From: a virus
DNA length: 64,000 nt
Strand: one strand, 5' to 3'
Virus record (IMG/VR): IMGVR_UViG_3300025131_000005
The translations under genes were made by a program, and so were the position numbers. Below the pieces are notes generated by a model. That model saw only the letters and a list, made by a program, of their open reading frames with translations, made no database searches and was not told the DNA's origin. Positions 60,663 through 64,000 of this stretch are shown here, one piece after another (the stretch's first letter is position 1; each line of letters starts with the position of its first letter).

Positions 60663-61184
60663 ATGATTCTAGGCTTAGATATAAGCACCAGCATAACAGG
60701 TGCGACCATTATTGATAATGATGGTAATATAATTTATAATGAGGCTTGGGATACTAGAAAATATAAGAACTTTTTCAAAAAAGCCTGCGTCATACATGGA
60801 AAGCTTGAGGATATGGTATATAAATACAAGTTAACGCATATCTATATCGAACAATCACTCCAATCATTTCGCTCCGGTTTTTCCTCTGCCAAGACTCTTT
60901 CAACACTCTCTAAATTTAATGGCGTTGTTTCTTGGATGTGTTATAGTTTTTTTAATATTGAGCCTGAATATATTGCTGCAACATCTGCTCGCAAGAAATG
61001 TGGGATTAAAATTCCGAAAGGTACCAAAGCAAAGCAAGAAGTTATAAAATTTGTGCTTGACAATGTGCCAGATGTTGATATAGTATATACCAAGCACGGT
61101 AATCCGCGCCCTGAATGCTTCGACAAAGCAGATAGCTGGGTTATCGCAAATGCAGGGTATTTATGTCAAGTGGAAAAAAGCTAA
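60663..61184 (+). CDS. RuvC-like Holliday junction resolvase
   Basis: ILGLDISTSITG, IYIEQ and DKADS acidic catalytic set. Start moved to the ATG at 60663. Confidence 0.8.
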   Translation: MILGLDISTSITGATIIDNDGNIIYNEAWDTRKYKNFFKKACVIHGKLEDMVYKYKLTHIYIEQSLQSFRSGFSSAKTLSTLSKFNGVVSWMCYSFFNIEPEYIAATSARKKCGIKIPKGTKAKQEVIKFVLDNVPDVDIVYTKHGNPRPECFDKADSWVIANAGYLCQVEKS

Positions 61185-62107
61185 AGATTTTAAGTAGTGC
61201 TTTAGGTTATTCTCATCGTTCTGGTAATGAGCTTCTATTTGAATGCCCCAAGTGTCAACATCATAAAAACAAGCTTTCAATTAATATTGATAAAGATGTA
61301 TTTAAATGTTGGGTTTGTGAATATGCTGGTCGTTCCATTTATCGACTTATTCGTCGTTATGGAACATTTGAGCAACGAAGAGAGTGGGCGTCACTTACAC
61401 AGGAGATTGAAACAAAGTCGTTATCTGAAGCTTTGTTTGGGAAAGAAGAAATAGAACCAGAACAAGTACTTGAGTTACCAAAAGAGTTCATATCTCTTGC
61501 CAACAGAAAGCTTCCTAAGACCTCTCTCTACCCTCTAAATTATTTGGAAAGTCGAGGCTATACAAAGCGAGACATTATTAAATGGAAAATGGGTTATTGT
61601 TTGGATGGAGAATATGAAGGACGTATCATTATTCCCTCATTCGGAATGACGGGAAAAGCAAATTATTTCATAGCAAGAAGTTATTCAGGAGATTGGAAGA
61701 AATATCAAAATCCGAAAGTATCAAAAGACATTATTTTCAATGAGTTATATCTAGATTTTGATGAGGATATGATTTTGGTCGAGGGTGTGTTCGATGCCAT
61801 TAAGGCAGGAGAAAACGCCGTTCCATTATTGGGATCTACTTTGAGGGAAGATTCAAAATTATTTCAAGAGATTGCTAAAAATGACACACCAATTTATATT
61901 GCTTTGGATTTAGATGCGCAGACAAAAGCTTTAAAAATAATTAAGTCTCTATTAGAATATGATATAGAAATACATCAGATTGATATTTCTCCTTATGAAG
62001 ATGTAGGAGGCATGTCTAATGCAGCCTTTCTAAAGCGCAAGAAAGAAGCAAAATTTATAAAATCTTATGACTATTTAATAGATGAAATAATTAACTTACG
62101 GGGGTGA
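61163..62107 (+). CDS. DNA primase (Zn-finger plus TOPRIM; short phage DnaG type)
   Basis: CPKCQHHK...FKCWVC, YLESRG, RIIIP, KYQNP, LVEGVFDA, IALDLDA. Confidence 0.88.
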   Translation: MSSGKKLKILSSALGYSHRSGNELLFECPKCQHHKNKLSINIDKDVFKCWVCEYAGRSIYRLIRRYGTFEQRREWASLTQEIETKSLSEALFGKEEIEPEQVLELPKEFISLANRKLPKTSLYPLNYLESRGYTKRDIIKWKMGYCLDGEYEGRIIIPSFGMTGKANYFIARSYSGDWKKYQNPKVSKDIIFNELYLDFDEDMILVEGVFDAIKAGENAVPLLGSTLREDSKLFQEIAKNDTPIYIALDLDAQTKALKIIKSLLEYDIEIHQIDISPYEDVGGMSNAAFLKRKKEAKFIKSYDYLIDEIINLRG

Positions 62108-62446
62108 ACTGGTATCGACTGAGTATTAAAAATATAACGTGCAAGGGTGTGTGAGTGGCACAGTAAAAACATTCAAAACTTTAATTGCTAACGATAACGT
62201 TACTTTTGATTACGCCCTAGCGGCATAATCACGGGGAATAATGAGAGCCTTGTTATCCAAAGACTGTTCCGTTGATGGTCCTCTTCGGAGGGTAGACGGT
62301 CAAGTGGTTTTTTCAAGTAGGACCCATAGGACAAACTTGATAGTGCGCGGTGTGAGTTTGTCAGAGTTCGCAAACTGACTAACCTTGTGAATGACGTTAT
62401 ATTGGAAATATTTAGGACTCGGGTTCGACTCCCGACACCTCCACCA
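62100..62446 (+). ncRNA. ssrA: tmRNA (one-piece), tag ANDNVTFDYALAA at 62187-62228
   Basis: Acceptor stem GGGGGTG/CACCTCC with G3.U, discriminator A and encoded CCA; T-arm TCGGG-TTCGACT-CCCGA; helix 2 pairings ATATAACGT/ACGTTATAT and GCAAGG/CCTTGT; pk1 GTGT/GCAC plus GAGTG/CATTC; tag ORF ending ALAA-stop. Confidence 0.97.
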
Positions 62447-62453
62447 AAATAAC

Positions 62454-62482
62454 TTGACAAATGTAAAAGAAGCCGATATACT
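62454..62482 (+). promoter_or_regulatory. Near-consensus sigma70 promoter
   Basis: TTGACA (62454-62459), 17 nt, TATACT (62477-62482); the ATG at 62489 lies 7 nt downstream. Confidence 0.8.
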
Positions 62483-62488
62483 ATATAA

Positions 62489-62995
62489 ATGAATGTAGCA
62501 GAACTTATTTGCGCAGCCTACGTTTCATTAATGCTTCCAAATGCTGATATAGCTTGTGAGCATATGGAAATAGTCATTGAGGCTAGCGATCAAAATTATA
62601 TAGATCCCACAGTTCTAGTTTCTCTAATATATGTGGAAAGCCGATGGACTCCGGCCGCCACAAGTAAATCGAACGCTTGCGGACTAACCCAGGTGCTTCC
62701 TCGCTATTCTGCTGGACGCAACAATCGTTTCGGGAAAAAGCTCACATGTCGCGACCTCAAAGATTCTAATGTAAGTATCCATCGAGGCGCACGTGTTCTT
62801 AATTTCTGGTATCACAAATACGCTCGACGAAACCTCAAGTACGCCCTCTGCGGTTATAGCAAAGGTTTTCGCTGTAAGCAAGAAGGAAAACCACGCAAAG
62901 TCGGCATGCGCTATGCGCAGAAAGTGATGAAATTAGCACGCAAAATACAACGTAAGATTAAGATAATACAGAAAAGTAAAATGGACAACCAATAG
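62489..62995 (+). CDS. SLT-family lytic transglycosylase
   Basis: LIYVESRW (catalytic Glu), ACGLTQV, SIHRGARVL, ALCGYSKG. Confidence 0.8.
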   Translation: MNVAELICAAYVSLMLPNADIACEHMEIVIEASDQNYIDPTVLVSLIYVESRWTPAATSKSNACGLTQVLPRYSAGRNNRFGKKLTCRDLKDSNVSIHRGARVLNFWYHKYARRNLKYALCGYSKGFRCKQEGKPRKVGMRYAQKVMKLARKIQRKIKIIQKSKMDNQ

Positions 62996-63002
62996 TTATA
63001 AA

Positions 63003-63010
63003 ACTATTTA
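63003..63010 (+). promoter_or_regulatory. Candidate late-promoter motif ACTATTTA within a short inverted repeat
   Basis: AATAGTT-ATA-AACTATT hairpin at 62992-63008; intergenic. Confidence 0.4.
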
Positions 63011-63029
63011 ATATTTAGAGGGATATACT

Positions 63030-63275
63030 GTGAAAATCACAAAAGACAAACTTAACCAAATCATCAGTGAGGAAATCAAGAGGCACGAAGTCCTCAAAGA
63101 AGTGAAGAAGGTGTCCTTAGTTGAAGGAAGTAACCCCCAACTTTTGAAACTCATGAAAGAAAGATTTGAGAAACTGGGCGCAAATTACTTCGAAGCGCTT
63201 CAAGAAAACGATAAAGAACTGGCTCAAACCTTAAAAGAAGAGCTGAATAAGATTTTTAACGATTTAAAAGTATAA
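63030..63275 (+). CDS. Small helical hypothetical protein
   Basis: GAGGGG RBS and GTG start; MKITKDKLNQIISEEI N-terminus. Confidence 0.65.
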   Translation: MKITKDKLNQIISEEIKRHEVLKEVKKVSLVEGSNPQLLKLMKERFEKLGANYFEALQENDKELAQTLKEELNKIFNDLKV

Positions 63276-63281
63276 AAAGTC

Positions 63282-63310
63282 TTGACTTTCTTTCTTGTTT
63301 CTGCTATATT
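63282..63310 (+). promoter_or_regulatory. Sigma70 promoter with extended -10
   Basis: TTGACT (63282-63287), 17 nt, TG-C-TATATT (63305-63310); GGAG at 63323; the inverted repeat AAAGTC-TT-GACTTT overlaps the -35. Confidence 0.75.
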
Positions 63311-63331
63311 GTAGCCTATACTGGAGTTTGT

Positions 63332-64000
63332 ATGCGATTTGCGCATATTGCGGATACCCATATCCGTAATTTAAAATACCACAAAGAATATAGAGCAGTT
63401 TTTAGCCAACTATACGAAAACCTTCGAGAGCAAAAACCCGACTATATTATTCACTGTGGCGACATAGCACACACGAAGACACAGATCAGTCCTGAATACG
63501 TGGAAATGTGTTCTGATTTTCTTAAGAGTTTGGCAGATATTGCGCCAACTTATGTGATTCTTGGTAATCACGATGGAAACTTGCGTAATTCTAGCCGTCA
63601 AGACGCCTTAACACCCATTGTAAAGGCTTTGGAGCACCCAACCCTACACTTGATGCGGAATGCGGGAGAAACGCGCTTAGAGGGCGGTTATACGCTTAAT
63701 GTCTTATCTGTGTTTGATGAGGACAATTGGGTTCAACCAACTGACAAAAATCGCATAAACATTGCTTTATATCATGGGTCAATATCACGTTGTCAAACTG
63801 ATCTTGGCTGGACAATGGAAAGAGGTGAAAATGATATTAGTGTCTTTGATAATTTTGACTATGGTTTTCTTGGAGATATTCACAAAACCAATCAAACCTT
63901 AGATGAGAAAGGAAAGATTCGCTATCCTGGTTCGACTGTGCAACAGAACCATGGAGAAACGAACGACAAAGGATATTTGCTTTGGGATATAGAAGATAAA
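63332..64000 (+). CDS. SbcD/Mre11 (gp47-like) metallophosphoesterase nuclease, 3' truncated by the window edge
   Basis: Own translation: MRFAHIADTH...HCGDIAH...ILGNHD...LYHG...LGDIH...YPGS. Absent from the track because no stop lies in the window. Confidence 0.92.
   Translation, partial: MRFAHIADTHIRNLKYHKEYRAVFSQLYENLREQKPDYIIHCGDIAHTKTQISPEYVEMCSDFLKSLADIAPTYVILGNHDGNLRNSSRQDALTPIVKALEHPTLHLMRNAGETRLEGGYTLNVLSVFDEDNWVQPTDKNRINIALYHGSISRCQTDLGWTMERGENDISVFDNFDYGFLGDIHKTNQTLDEKGKIRYPGSTVQQNHGETNDKGYLLWDIEDK

Noticed and set aside
1541-63601. Numerous 60-180 aa minus-strand and alternate-frame ORFs in the track
   Set aside because: All lie within longer + strand genes that have recognisable motifs, and none shows a family motif; treated as shadow ORFs.
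1-64000. CRISPR arrays, tRNAs, integrases/transposases, introns/inteins, stop-codon reassignment
   Set aside because: No spaced repeat array, no tRNA T-arm other than the tmRNA, and no such protein motifs noticed; genes are full-length under the standard code.

Overview
AT-rich, gene-dense 64 kb segment with every credible gene on the + strand and many overlapping stop/start codons. It reads as part of a jumbo myovirus-type (contractile-tail) phage genome, not a cell chromosome; this is inferred from gp25/gp6-like baseplate genes, giant virion proteins, a phage-type sigma factor and primase, and no housekeeping genes. Three modules: (1) about 0.1-20.5 kb, a glycosylation/nucleotide-sugar island of about 24 genes (GT4 x2, GT9-like x2, GT8, GT17 x2 plus a fragment, split HldE, HAD, cupin, FkbM, NeuB-SAF-cupin, FKBP, YerE-like ThDP enzyme, SDR, Nudix, C-methyltransferase, radical SAM, IscA, His-type 3-dehydrase, RmlB-like dehydratase), containing a 1255-bp unit bounded by a perfect 204-bp direct repeat; (2) about 20.5-60.6 kb, a sigma-factor block followed by baseplate/tail genes including 3131-aa and 2974-aa proteins; (3) about 60.6-64 kb, RuvC-like resolvase, primase, a complete tmRNA (tag ANDNVTFDYALAA), a lytic transglycosylase and a truncated SbcD/Mre11 nuclease. 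The most striking observation is that the primase stop codon lies inside the tmRNA acceptor stem, so tmRNA maturation would turn the primase message into a non-stop mRNA. All product calls come from motif recognition by eye; no database searches were run.
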